NCBI GenBank assembly: GCA_951406725.2
Contig: OX597835.1
Span: 30,070,001 to 30,134,000, forward strand
Source: Octopus vulgaris
Taxonomy: Eukaryota
DNA length: 64,000 nucleotides
Reading direction: 5' to 3'
Positions within the stretch are counted from its first letter, which is position 1. Each line of letters begins with the position of its first letter. Shown one piece after another: positions 15,672 to 28,398 of this stretch. A program made the translations under genes and the position numbers. The notes beneath the pieces were generated by a model. That model was not told the origin of the DNA. It was given only the letters and a program-made list of their open reading frames with translations, and ran no database searches.

Positions 15672-15732
15672 ATGTATGTATGTATGTATACACACACATG
15701 CACACACACATATGCATACATATATATGTATG

Positions 15733-15763
<31 letters not shown>

Positions 15764-15824
15764 GCATGTTTATACATATGTGTGTGTATATGTATAAATG
15801 CATGTGCTTACATACATACACATA

Positions 15825-15866
<42 letters not shown>

Positions 15867-16128
15867 AATATCTATCGATATGTGTTTATATTAATGTGTA
15901 TATATGTATGAATGTATGTATATTTATATATACATATAATATATGCATATATATATATGAATATAGATGTATACAAACATATGTATATATATATATATAA
16001 ATAAAAACTGCATTGTGTATATAAATTTAAGTATCAAAGATAACACATCAATTTTTATTGTGACAGAAAATACAGCATGTGGGTGGTATAATATAGAATA
16101 CTGGAATATATATACATATAAATACATG

Positions 16129-16190
<62 letters not shown>

Positions 16191-16255
16191 CCATTCACAA
16201 ACACATGACGTGTGTGGTAATCCAATATATATATATGCAAATATATATAAATATT

Positions 16256-16289
<34 letters not shown>

Positions 16290-16772
16290 TATATGTGTGT
16301 GTGTGCGTCTGGGCATATTTATATATAATTCCTTAGATGTGTATATTGAGTTATTCAACTCGAATTTATCTGATATGTAAATATTTAGAAATATGATATA
16401 ATATCAAATGACACATTCCTATATCTAAAACACTACACCACGGCGTTTATAGTTTCTCTGTTCTTTTGAGGTTTATTTTAATCATCACCGCGACGGCGAT
16501 GACAAACCACCACCTGATAGCATCCCCAGCTTTACAGCTACACAGCTGTACATACCCGCATACGAATGGCTGCGTTTTGAAGAGGCTTGCTTACCGAACG
16601 TGTGGTCTTCGGTTTGGTCCCACTGCACGAAATCTCCACAAGTGTCTTTCTACTAGCTTTTGGTTTGAGTAAAGTTTAATGAGTGAGTTTCCTACATGGA
16701 AACGGAAAGAAGACCGCCGTGAAAAAAAATATATGTATGTATGTATGTATGGATGGATGTATTCATGTTTGT

Positions 16773-16895
<123 letters not shown>

Positions 16896-17215
16896 TATAC
16901 ATATATATATATGTCTGTGTGTGTGTGTATGTATATATAATATGCATATAAGAGGGATATGTATGTAATATAATTTTTCTGAAACATCAGTTTTCAATAC
17001 GCTAGACCATTGCGTTTAAATTGATATTAATCAAATTAATATTCAATTTTTCACCTTATTTTAAATTATATATATATATATATATATATCAATATAAGCG
17101 TAGCAAAAAAAATTCAAGAAAAATTCAAGAAAAATTTTCTGCAACCAGCGGTCAAGTGAGAAAATAGAAATAGTCACAGACTATATAATATATTCAACAA
17201 AAGTATTAATACTTT

Positions 17216-17291
<76 letters not shown>

Positions 17292-17329
17292 AATATACCA
17301 TTGTTGTGTACTGCATACCGCTACTTATA

Positions 17330-17530
17330 AAAGCGGATCCGTGGAATAAGCTGCCGGACGAGATAGTGAAGATGCCGACGACCGCTCGGTTCAAAGTCTC
17401 TCTTGACCAGAAATGGCCTGAACTCTTTGCATGAATACCCTCTCTGTACATAACTCCATGTCCCCCTACACGGCCTTGCTTTTTGCTTTTTGAGCCAAAA
17501 AATTAACTTAAACTTAAACTTAAACTTAAA
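17330..17530 (+). mobile_element. CR1-like LINE extreme 3' end with (AAACTT)n tail
   Basis: ADPWNKLPDEIVKMPTTARFKVSLDQKWPELFA* (WNxLP..V...FK..LD motif), a short 3' UTR and a tandem AAACTT tail. Confidence 0.8.
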
Positions 17531-17533
17531 TAT

Positions 17534-17720
17534 ACGACAGATAAATAAACGTATGCGTATAAGACACAGAGGGTCTCTAATTTTTCATCAGTTATTAACC
17601 TGAATGGTAATACTCAGTTTGGCAGCCTTAATGGTGTCTGTGTATGACCATTCCGGTTGATAATTAAGGAAGAATTAGGGAATCTCTGTGTCTTATACGT
17701 ATACGATGTTCATCTGTCGT
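17534..17720. mobile_element. Imperfect palindromic MITE-like element (~80-bp arms)
   Basis: ACGACAGAT..CGTATAAGACACAGAG..CTAATT..TTATTAACCTGAATGGTAATAC pairs with GTATGACCATTCCGGTTGATAA..AATTAG..CTCTGTGTCTTATACG..ATCTGTCGT. Confidence 0.7.
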
Positions 17721-17750
17721 TTATTCACACAATGCAATTTTTCATTTATG

Positions 17751-17813
<63 letters not shown>

Positions 17814-18299
17814 CATGTATGTATTTACACATATGTATGTCTGTTTGCATACATAGCGAGAGAAGGAGAGAGGGAGAGAGAGAGAGATACATATATGTAT
17901 ATGCGAGGATTTGGTAAGCTGTGTAAATAATAACAATTAATCTTATAAGCGATTACCGTCAATTGACTGGACAAAATAGTTTAATATTGGGGCATAAAGG
18001 CCCTCGGTCAACCATGTGTAAGAAAACCCACATGTTACCGTCGAGTGTCTATATACCCTTATATTAGCCTATTTCCTTTAGTCAATGCATACATAGATAT
18101 ACATAGATATACATATACACGCGCAACACACACAAACATACAGACACTCACACACACACACACATTCACGCACACACATATCCTTGTAGCTTATTTTGAT
18201 TATAATCAACCTATTTTAAATTGTATGGTTAAAACCACACTAAATTCTGGTGTCTTCAAATTAAGTAACATATTCATCTGTATCTAAAATTTTACTGAA

Positions 18300-18369
<70 letters not shown>

Positions 18370-18384
18370 CATATATATAGATGT

Positions 18385-18650
18385 GTGTATTTTTCCCTTC
18401 TTAAAAATTAACACGGAAAAAATAGGTACATAGTTACCAGGGTAGCAAAAAATCACACAAGTAAAGAGGTTGTAACTCCTTGTTTTTAAAGGTAGAAACT
18501 TTGGGTTTACATGGAACTTTTTGTATAATATATAAATAAATAAATGGAGTTTAATGCAGATATAATTCAAATACTTTTACTTCCGACACATGTTTCGAAG
18601 ATATCACTGATATTATTCCAAAGGGATAGATGGTGTAAAACAATGTAATC
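18385..18650 (-). mobile_element. Probable PLE pseudo-LTR fragment with half hammerhead motif
   Basis: Abuts a (TA)n tract; minus strand reads CTTCGAAACATGTGTCGGAAG at 18580-18600; no intact matching CUGANGA/stem I found. Confidence 0.4.
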
Positions 18651-19519
18651 CTCATTTCTTCCTCATCAACCTCTTCTCTGTCCCTGTAATCATGTTGATC
18701 ATCAGCAGCAGCATCATCTTCATCTTCATCAATATCGTCATCATTTCCATCATCATCATTATCATTAGCATGATCATGATCATCCTTATCGTCATCATCA
18801 CCGTCGTCATAATCATCATCAATACCATCATCGCCATCATTATTATCATCGTCAACAGCACCATCATCATCAACGTCATCGTCATCATCGTCATCGGCCT
18901 CATCGTCATCATCATCATCATGTCATCATCACCACCCGACCCCACGCCACCCACACCAATACTACCGCCACCATCACCACCACCACCACCACCACCACTA
19001 CCACCACCACCACCATCACCACCACCACCACCACCACCATCATCATCTTCATGTTAATGGTGATCAATCTTAGATCTGAAGTTTATTATTAATAGATTGG
19101 TAATCAATTTGTAAAATTATGATAAAATATTTTTCTTAATGTTTATTGGTTTGGTTCCAATTAACGAGAATATGGAAATCGATGCCAAAATTGGATTTTC
19201 GGTTTGAACTTTTCAATTAGATTTATTTTATCTGATGAAAAAAATTTCAATTTTCAATATTTCAAATTATAGAGCAGGGAGAGAAGGAATTTGTAGAATA
19301 GAGAGAGAGAGAGAGGGAGACAGAAAGACAGATAGGAGAGAGAGGGGGAGAGAGAGGGAGGGAGGAGGACTCAGAGAGGGCGAAAGTCGGAGAGAAGGGA
19401 AGAGAAGGAGAGAAGAGAGAGGAACACAGATGAAGAGTGAGACCGATGGAGAGAGGGAAAGAATCAGGGATGGAGATGAAGAAGAGAAGAATGGAATACA
19501 GGGAAAGTGAGGTCTATAC

Positions 19520-19561
<42 letters not shown>

Positions 19562-19562
19562 G

Positions 19563-19785
19563 CTTTTACTCTTTTACTTGTTTCAGACATTTGACTGCGG
19601 TCATGCTGGAGCACGGCCCTTAGTCGAATAAATGGACCCCAGGATTTATTCCTTGTAAGCCTAGTACTTATTCTATCGGTCTCTTTTCCCGAACCGCTAT
19701 GTTACGGAGACGTAAATACACCAGCGTCGGTTGTAAAGTGATGTTGGGGGACAAACACCGACACACAAACACACACACACGCACA

Positions 19786-19859
<74 letters not shown>

Positions 19860-20025
19860 TACGACAGGCTTCTTTTTCGTTTCCGTCTACCAAATCCACT
19901 CACAAGGCTTTGGTCAGCTCGAGGTTACAGTAGAAAACATTTGCCCAAGGTGCCACGCAGTGGGACTGAAACCGGAACCATGTAGTTGGTAAGCAAACTA
20001 CTTACCACACGGCCACTCCTGCGCC
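19563..20025 (-). mobile_element. SINE family A, full length
   Basis: Head GGCGCAGGAGTGGCCGTGTGGTAAG through to the tail; internal (TA)n expanded. Confidence 0.93.
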
Positions 20026-20165
20026 TATATATATATATATGTGTGTGTAAGTATATATATATATATATATATGTATATATGAGATGAATGACCGCCACCA
20101 AAAACAAAACGGAGAAAAAACACAAGAAGAACAACAACGCAAGGAGGTGGTACATGCAGCAGAAG

Positions 20166-20209
<44 letters not shown>

Positions 20210-20527
20210 GATATAGTATGTATATAGTATCTATATACATATACATACATATATACCTATACATACATATATATAATATATTTACATAATACGTACATGC
20301 TCAAAAGCGACCGATAAATTAGTACTAGGCTTACAAAGAATAAGTCCTGGGGTCGATTTGTTTGACTAAAGGTCGTGCTCCATCATGGCCGGAGTCAAAT
20401 GACTGAAACAAATAAGAGAATAAAAGAATTAAAGAATATATACATATATATATATTCACACACACACATATATATATATGTATGTATATGTATATATATA
20501 TACATACACACACACACACACACACAC

Positions 20528-20589
<62 letters not shown>

Positions 20590-20592
<3 letters not shown>

Positions 20593-20735
20593 AGCAGTGT
20601 ACCAGTTTGACGCTCGGGAAAAAGCGAAAGTGTGTTTTATGTTTCGAGCCTCCGTTCTTCCGCAGAAAGGTATAATCGAGAATAAACAAAGAGAATGAAA
20701 AAACGATGTTCAATTTAGCGTCCAACATTGCGAAT
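20590..20735 (-). mobile_element. Short repeat family D (pLTR-like) with variant hammerhead core, copy 1
   Basis: Homologous to 22651, 54864 and 62225; minus strand 20634-20669 reads ctttCTGCGGAaGAACggagGCTCGAAACATAaaac; embedded in (TA)n. Confidence 0.7.
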
Positions 20736-21189
20736 ATATATATATATATATATATGTGCGAGTGTGTGCGTGTGTGTGTGTGTGCGTGTGTGTGTGTGCG
20801 TGTGTGCATGTGTGTATGTATATATATATAGTATATGTGTATGTATATGTATATATATATAAATACACATCTACTACGTATGTGGGAAATTGTCTGTGGG
20901 TGTCTTTGTGGAATTGATCTTCCCCTACATTGTTTTATTGATTTTGATGATAAATGACACATGGAAACCTCATGGCATGCTCAGATTCTTGAAAAGAACC
21001 CGATAGCAGTGCCCATGGAAAGGATCTATACGTATATATCTAAAATATTTTATTTTAAAATCCAAGGGAAATAACCAATTCATCACTGGAAGGAATCGTT
21101 ATATATAGCTAAGCGAAATAAACCAATCATTTGCCAAAATTATTTGGTAAACATGAAATTGAGTATGCTTATTTCTCAGTATTTGAACT

Positions 21190-21700
21190 GTTAGAGTTAT
21201 TTTCGAAATTTATCCCATACAAGCTTTAAACAAGTACATAGTATTTTCCTAAACAATAGATCCACTTATTTCGGTTAGTGACATATTCACGAATATAGCA
21301 ACTCTAGCGCTCCTGAGGGTAATATTCTCTGGGAACAAAAAAATTCCTTTTCAGAGTTATTTACTTTGAATTGGTATTACCTTATATCTGATTAGCCTGT
21401 TATTACGTAACATGCTTCACGATTTTAGAATACATACCGTATTAGTATTTCCTCCTATGTCCTATATGCCCTGGGAACGCATTAAAGCCCTTTTCAGGGA
21501 TACTTTATTTGAATTCTTACTATTGGGTAACTGATTTCATGTTATTACATAACTGACTTCACAATTTGGATATTCATAACTTATTGGGAATTTCTAAAAC
21601 CAAGATCCTGTGTAAGACAGTTCGATATTCTCTGTGAATGTACAAAAACCGTTTTAAGGCCTACTTACTTTGCATTCTTGTTATTGAACAATTATGACAA
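21190..21700. repeat. Old degenerate tandem array, ~145-160-bp period, 3-4 units
   Basis: Recurring TTCAGAGTTATTTACTTTGAATT / TTCAGGGATACTTTATTTGAATT / TTAAGGCCTACTTACTTTGCATT, and TGTTATTACRTAAC..CTTCACRATTT, at that spacing. Confidence 0.65.
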
Positions 21701-21761
21701 CGGAACCAGGGGATAAGCCCAGCTTTCCCGGAATTACTATGTACGTCAGCTAGTATCTATA

Positions 21762-21844
<83 letters not shown>

Positions 21845-21971
21845 TTATGTATGTATGTATGTATGTATATATATATGTATGTATGTATATATGTATGTAT
21901 GTATGCATGCATGTATGTATGTATGTATGTATGTATCTATCTATCTATCTATATATCTATCTATCTATATA

Positions 21972-22007
<36 letters not shown>

Positions 22008-22169
22008 CGTATATATTGGGCAGTGTCTTTCAGTCTGCTTGTATTTCTCTCTGAATTTGTGTGTGTGTGGAGACAGAATCAGTCAGGCAGTTATATAGAT
22101 AGACCTGCAGTTGGATAATCAAATTCAAAGACTGTAACACACACATATATTTATACTTATTCATATACT

Positions 22170-22571
22170 TTCTTCTATGGCTTTCTTATTCCAGTCGTTA
22201 GATTGCAACAAAGCTGGGGCACTGCCTTTAAGAAATTTTCGCCAAATGAACCGTCACCAGTAAATATAGTTTTTAAAGCCGAATACCTTTTCTATCATTC
22301 CGTTTTGCCGAAGCACTAGGTTACAGGATGTAGACATACCAGGCGTGGATGGAGTGGGAATAGGAAACAAGAACAGACGCAAGTTCACATACACACATAG
22401 ATGTATATCTAAGCAACTGGCTTCTTTCAATTCCCGTCTACCAAATCCACTCACAAGGCCTTGTCCGTGCCGAGATTTTAATAGAAGATGCTTCCTTAAG
22501 GTGCTACGCAGTGGGACTGAATATGCAGCCATATGGTTGAGAGACGAGCTTCTAACCACACCGCTACGCCT
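22170..22571 (-). mobile_element. SINE family A, diverged
   Basis: CCGTCTACCAAATCCACTCACAAGGC and GCAGTGGGACTGAA blocks in reverse orientation. Confidence 0.8.
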
Positions 22572-22581
22572 ACAGCTATGT

Positions 22582-22650
<69 letters not shown>

Positions 22651-22652
<2 letters not shown>

Positions 22653-22800
22653 CAACAAAGAAGAGTATTAGTTTGGCGCTCGGGAAAAATGTGGAAGTGT
22701 GTTTTATGTTTCGAGCCTACGCTCTTTAGCAGAAAGGCATAGGGGAAGACAAACATAGAAGGAAAAACAGTTGTAGAGTTCAGCAATTCGACATGATGAA
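22651..22800 (-). mobile_element. Repeat family D copy 2
   Basis: Minus strand 22701-22736 reads ctttCTGCTAAaGAGCgtagGCTCGAAACATAaaac; between (TA)n tracts. Confidence 0.7.
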
Positions 22801-22820
22801 TATATATATATACATACACA

Positions 22821-22934
<114 letters not shown>

Positions 22935-22940
22935 CATACA

Positions 22941-23239
22941 AAACTTTTGGATGCGTCGAATGTGTTTCGTATTTTACAGACAAGAAAATATTATTTCGAA
23001 CACAATACATCTGTAAAAACAGCTGAGAGATCGAGTATTTTACCCTAATAAGACGGAAAATGTTATCAACAGGCGGCTACGAGACTCGAACCCATACCCA
23101 TCGGATACCGGCTAAGTGCTCTTCCATTAATCTAAACCACCAGCTTACAACAATCTTTCTGCTGTTTTAACGGCTACTGCTTTCGAAATTTACTTCCTCG
23201 TATCTAAAATACAAAACACATTCGACGCTTCCCAAAGTT
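22941..23239. mobile_element. MITE-like element with ~90-bp terminal inverted repeats enclosing a tRNA-like sequence
   Basis: AACTTTTGGATGCGTCGAATGTGTTTCGTATTTTA...AAAACAGC (22941-23031) is inverted relative to GCTGTTTT...TAAAATACAAAACACATTCGACGCTTCCCAAAGTT (23152-23239). Confidence 0.75.
23071..23141 (-). pseudogene. tRNA-like cloverleaf (pseudo-tRNA; apparent GGT anticodon, Thr-like)
   Basis: GGTGGTT-TA-GATTAATGGAAGAGC-A-CTTAG-CCGGTAT-CCGAT-GGGT-ATGGG-TTCGAGT-CTCGT-AGCCGCC-T: the acceptor stem and T arm pair (with G-U); the D and anticodon stems are decayed. Confidence 0.7.
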
Positions 23240-23774
23240 CCTTTACAAAATGTTGTTGCATTCCCAAAAAGCTATTAATTAACGTTAAATTTGAGGGACG
23301 TTGATGTCGGCGTTTAATTCAAGGGAGGTTGATGTTCACCTTAATGTTAGAGTACTCAGGCGTTATTTGAAGTATACGGGTTCGGATTTCGTAACTGTCC
23401 TCTGTTAGATTGTTTTTTTCCGTTTTCTTAAGTACCTAATTTTTCTGATGTTTTCACAGCTATGCGGCGTTCGAAATTTTCTTTCTTGGATATAAATTTT
23501 ATTGAGCTCTCAGTCTCAGAAGATCAATTAACCGGTTTCTATGGTGTATAAGTGACCAAAATCACAACGTTGCTCTGGTTCGCCACAGAGTTCAAGACCC
23601 GCGTTTCTAAGGAATGGCTGGGATTTAATTTTTTCGGCCCTAAAGATATGAAATTTAAAGCTGACCTATGCAGAAATTCAATTCAGAACGAAAAAGAGAC
23701 GTACACATCTTAAGTAGAGAGTGAGAGAGAAAGAGAGAGTGAGAGAGATTGTGTGAGAGATAGTAATATGTGTG

Positions 23775-23806
<32 letters not shown>

Positions 23807-23946
23807 TACATACATATATACATATATAATATATTATACAGAGAGGGAGTGTGTGTGTGAAAGATAGTGATATGTGTATATATATGTATGTATGTATGTA
23901 TGTATGATGTATGTATAATATATACATACATACATATGTATAATAT

Positions 23947-23985
<39 letters not shown>

Positions 23986-24394
23986 CAGTAGGGGAGAGAA
24001 GGAGAGAAACAGACAGACAGAGATATAGAGAGGGTGAGAGAGAGAGGAGACAAGAGAGATGGTGGGAAAATGTTAGTTATAATTTAACTAGAGTGGGGTG
24101 ATGAAGGGGATAAAGACAGAGAGGTTGATGAGGAATAGGGAGAAGGTGGTGTTAATAAAAGTAGGACGAGATGGAGGGGGAAGTGTAATGGAAGGGGGGA
24201 CAGAGAAAGTGTGTGACAGAGGGAGGGAGAAGAGGTAGGGTGAAGGTGAGAGGAAATATTAATGATTATTAATTATGTCAAAGTTGCTAACTATGGCGGT
24301 AATTAAATGATGAAAAGGAGATTTTGTTAAATATTTCTGAAGGTCTAATGAGTCTGTGTTAATTCTGGTTGGAGTCGGTCGTCTGCTTCTGAAG

Positions 24395-24436
<42 letters not shown>

Positions 24437-24973
24437 CAGAGAAAGGGAGAGAGAGACAGAGAGTGAGGGAAAAAGAGCGAGAAAGATTGAGAGAAAGAGG
24501 GGACGCTTTAAAAACTAAAGGAAAAACAGACGACATTTTAAACAAAACTGAAGTTTCAAACAGAAATTTGAAGAAAAACTAAATAAAAACACCCTGGGTC
24601 TTATTTAGAGGGTAGATAGGGGTGTGTGATGTAAAGGATAATTATATTTAAAGTCCTTAAATTCCTCTATCTTCTTTGATTTAAATTTTATTTTTCAAAT
24701 ATTTGTATTTTAGGTTGAATTTTTTTCTCTCTTTAGTATTATTTTCCCTTAAAATGTCTGCTGCCTTGATAATTATTGAAAAATATACTCTTTTCTATCT
24801 CACTTCCTTTCTTTCTCACCCCCGCTTCACTCTCTCCTCTCTCTCTCCCTCTCTCTCTCTCTCTAACTCTATGGTTCTCTATTTCTCCTGTCCACTCTCT
24901 TCCTCTCTCCCGTTCGTATTTTTCTCTTTTCTGTATCGCTCCATATCACTCTTTCTCTCTATCCCTCTGCCTA

Positions 24974-25023
<50 letters not shown>

Positions 25024-25239
25024 TCTCTCTCCAACACACACACTCTCTCTAACCCTCTCCCCTCTCTCTCTCTCTCTCTCTCTCTACCCTTTTATTACTT
25101 TTCTATAATATTTTTTCATCAACGTATCTAAAAAAAAAAATACCCGAAAAACTTTGTTGCTGATATTCTGTTTTTATCAAAATTTTTCATCTTCTAATTT
25201 TTAAATATTTATATATTCTGTTGTAATTTTTCTATTACA

Positions 25240-25588
25240 CTTTTACTCTTTTACTTGTTTCAGTCGTTTTGACTGTGGCCATGCTGGAGCACCGCTTTTA
25301 GTCAAGCAAATCGACCCCATCACTTATTCTTTGTAAGCCTAGTACTTATTCTATCGGTTTCTTTTTCCGAACCGCTAAGTTACGGGGACATAAACATACC
25401 AGCATCGCTTCTCAAACGATGTTGAGGGAACAAACACTGACACACAAACATATACACAAACATATATATATATTTACATATATACGTCGAGCTTCTTTCA
25501 ATTTCCGTCTACGAAATCCGCTCACAAGTCTTTGGTTGGCCCGAGGCTATAGTAGAAGACACATGCCCAAGGTGCCTCGCAGTGGGGC
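25240..25588 (-). mobile_element. SINE family A lacking its head
   Basis: Tail to core near consensus; ends at GCAGTGGGGCTG, directly beside a family B fragment (25600-25705). Confidence 0.88.
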
Positions 25589-25948
25589 TGGAGAAAAAAT
25601 AAGGTGACCTCAGCGGGATTTGAGCTCAGAAGGTAGAGAGTCTGAAGAAATGTCGTTAAGCGTTTTGTCCGACCCCCTCACGATTCTGCCAGCTCACCAC
25701 CTTAAAATGGTTCGTAACAAGAGCAAAAGGTCGTGCTTTTGGGAACGGTAAGCCAAGCATATGTGTAGATAATTGCTCATGTGTATGGCTGTTTGTGTTT
25801 ATGAAAGGTTTCCGTGTGTTTATAGTGGGATGGAAGAGTTGTGTGTTAGTAGAGTGGATGGTGGAGAGTTTACAGAAAGATTTAGCTACAAAATAGGAAG
25901 AAGATGGCGAACAAAGACGATACAACATGGCGGAATCACGGCAATACA

Positions 25949-26145
25949 AATGGCTGAAGGAGATTGAAATATATTGCCTTCTACAGAGAGGTGGTCTCTT
26001 ATGGACTGCAAAGATTATCATATGGGTTCTAAGCACTTGAAAGACTGCTGAAAACTTGTGGATACCTAAAGTTACAGGTAGTAACCGCTATCCACGTAAT
26101 TCCTATCAGGAATAAGACCGAACATGAGCCGAAACAAAATAATAA
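25949..26145 (+). mobile_element. R4/Dong-like LINE 3' end
   Basis: KWLKEIEIYCLLQRGGLLWTAKIIIWVLST* resembles the LQxxxLLGTAxIxRxVL C-terminus of R4/Dong-clade ORFs; short UTR then (AAT)n. Confidence 0.65.
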
Positions 26146-26149
26146 TGAT

Positions 26150-26370
26150 AAGTAGAATTTCTGCGAAATGCACAAGGTCTGAAATTTTTAGGAAGGGGAC
26201 TAGTCGATTACATCGACCCCAGTGCATAACTGGTACTTCATTTATCGACCCCGAAAGGATGAAGAGCAAAGCTGACCTCGGTGGAATGTGACCTCAAAAC
26301 GTAGTGACAGGCGAAATACCGCTGAGCATTTCGTCCAGCGTGCTAACGTTTCTGGCAGCTCACCAACCTT
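26150..26370 (-). mobile_element. SINE family B
   Basis: TCGACCCCAGT..TGGTACTT..ATCGACCCCGAAAGGATGAA..CATTTCGTCCAGCGTGCTAACGTTTCTG. Confidence 0.85.
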
Positions 26371-26415
26371 GTTACTAATAATTAGAATAATAATTATAAA
26401 TATAATAACAACAAC

Positions 26416-26487
<72 letters not shown>

Positions 26488-26489
<2 letters not shown>

Positions 26490-26910
26490 ACAGATTTGCT
26501 TGTCAGTTGTTTGACCTTAACCAGTTGAGCATGTCCCTTAGTGGCTGACGATATGTGCATCTCTGATCACGAGCAGAAGTAGTGGGGGAGCATCATAGCC
26601 ATGTGTTGAGAGGGATTCTTTGGGGTTTGAATAATTCACCTCTGGAAACATGGGTGGTTCTTTCAATATCCTTAAACAACCCTTATTCAGGGACCTTTTG
26701 AGCGGGATGGGCTACTCAACCTGAAGAAAATTCTAACTGGGCCCCACCTGCAAGGTCATGTGCTGTTTACCTTGATATGAGATCACCATGTCGCGCACAT
26801 ATGTATGTGCCTGGTGTACCCTTATCAGACGGGTAGTCATGATGGGTATATTGGGCTTCGTATATTTTACCCCAGTGTCACTTTGATGGCATGAACTGCT
26901 CTTTCACTCA
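26488..26910 (+). mobile_element. LINE 3'-UTR-like interspersed repeat inserted in (AAT)n
   Basis: A complex ~420-bp block bounded on both sides by (AAT)n and ending CTCTTTCACTC(AAT)n. I recognise it as an abundant octopus repeat; the Dong-like assignment is inferred from the TAA target. Confidence 0.55.
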
Positions 26911-27236
26911 ATAATAATAATAATGATAATAATGATAGCAAAAATAATAATGATTATGATGGTTTAAAAATTTGGCACCAAGCAATTTCAAGAGAGGAAC
27001 TAAGTCGAGTACATGGACCGCAGTAGTTACACACAAACTCACACACACCCGCACGCACACATAAACTGATGCATGGATACGTACAAGTGTAGACTAATGT
27101 GAAGATATATGCCTACATCTATCCAACCATGGATACATACATATAAGTATAAACGCATACGCATACGAGAGAACATGCCGGCATTGTGAAATTACACATA
27201 ATGACATCGCTACAGAGAGAAATGGTACATATAAAC

Positions 27237-27295
<59 letters not shown>

Positions 27296-27313
27296 GTATG
27301 TATGTATTTATAC

Positions 27314-27366
<53 letters not shown>

Positions 27367-27381
27367 CACATATATATATAC

Positions 27382-27412
<31 letters not shown>

Positions 27413-27419
27413 CATACAC

Positions 27420-27812
27420 CAACTTTCTCACCTATATACATAGAAGTTGTAGGCGAACTGAGAATAATTAAAATATTTTTATCACTATATATAAAGATCC
27501 GACCGGTTTCACAGCTGGCACTGATTTTCAAAAGTTTGAAATAGGGCAAACTCTAGTCAGAAGCAAAAAAGCTGCCACATAAACCACTTTTTGAAAATCA
27601 ATGTAAACTGAGAAACTGGTTAAATAATTTAAAATACCAATAAAACAATATTTTAACTCATCACAGTGCATTTTCAATTCCTATTTTTCCTTTCTTATAT
27701 ATATAGTCTTTTTTTTTTCCCAAAATTGGCTATATAAATTTATATTGAATTTTATATTATATTATATTGTAAAAGATTGTTAGATTCTCAACTGTATTTC
27801 TCTGTTTAATTT
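27420..27812 (-). mobile_element. Probable PLE pseudo-LTR remnant with half hammerhead motif
   Basis: Between (TA)n tracts; minus strand GAAACCGGTC-GGATC at 27496-27510 (palindromic stem III plus GUC); degenerate terminal inverted similarity. Confidence 0.45.
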
Positions 27813-27858
27813 GTTATATATATATATGTATATACATATGCATATATATATATACATA

Positions 27859-27989
<131 letters not shown>

Positions 27990-27994
27990 GTGTG

Positions 27995-28225
27995 TAAAAA
28001 AAATACAAAATGTGACGGGACATTCGAAGCCTTCAATCTTCAGTCAAGAAACGGATCATTCTCGCAATTTCGGCTGATTAATCTTGAGATGGCTCCGATC
28101 GGCCAGCCCCAAGGAAAAACTAAGCTACGAGCATTAGATTTCTTGGAAAAAGGATCGAATATAAACGAAACAAGGACAGAAAAACCGACGATGCCACACG
28201 AATATAAATACAAAAAACAATAATA
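27995..28225 (-). mobile_element. Repeat family E fragment (homologous to 35041-35270)
   Basis: CATTCGAAGCCTTCAATCTTCAGTCAAGAA..GCAATTTCGGCTGATTAATCTTGAGAT..GGCCAGCCCCAA is the reverse complement of 35110-35205; inserted in (TA)n. Confidence 0.75.
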
Positions 28226-28260
28226 TATGCGTATATATATCTATCTCTATATATATATGC

Positions 28261-28353
<93 letters not shown>

Positions 28354-28367
28354 CGTACACGCATATG

Positions 28368-28398
<31 letters not shown>

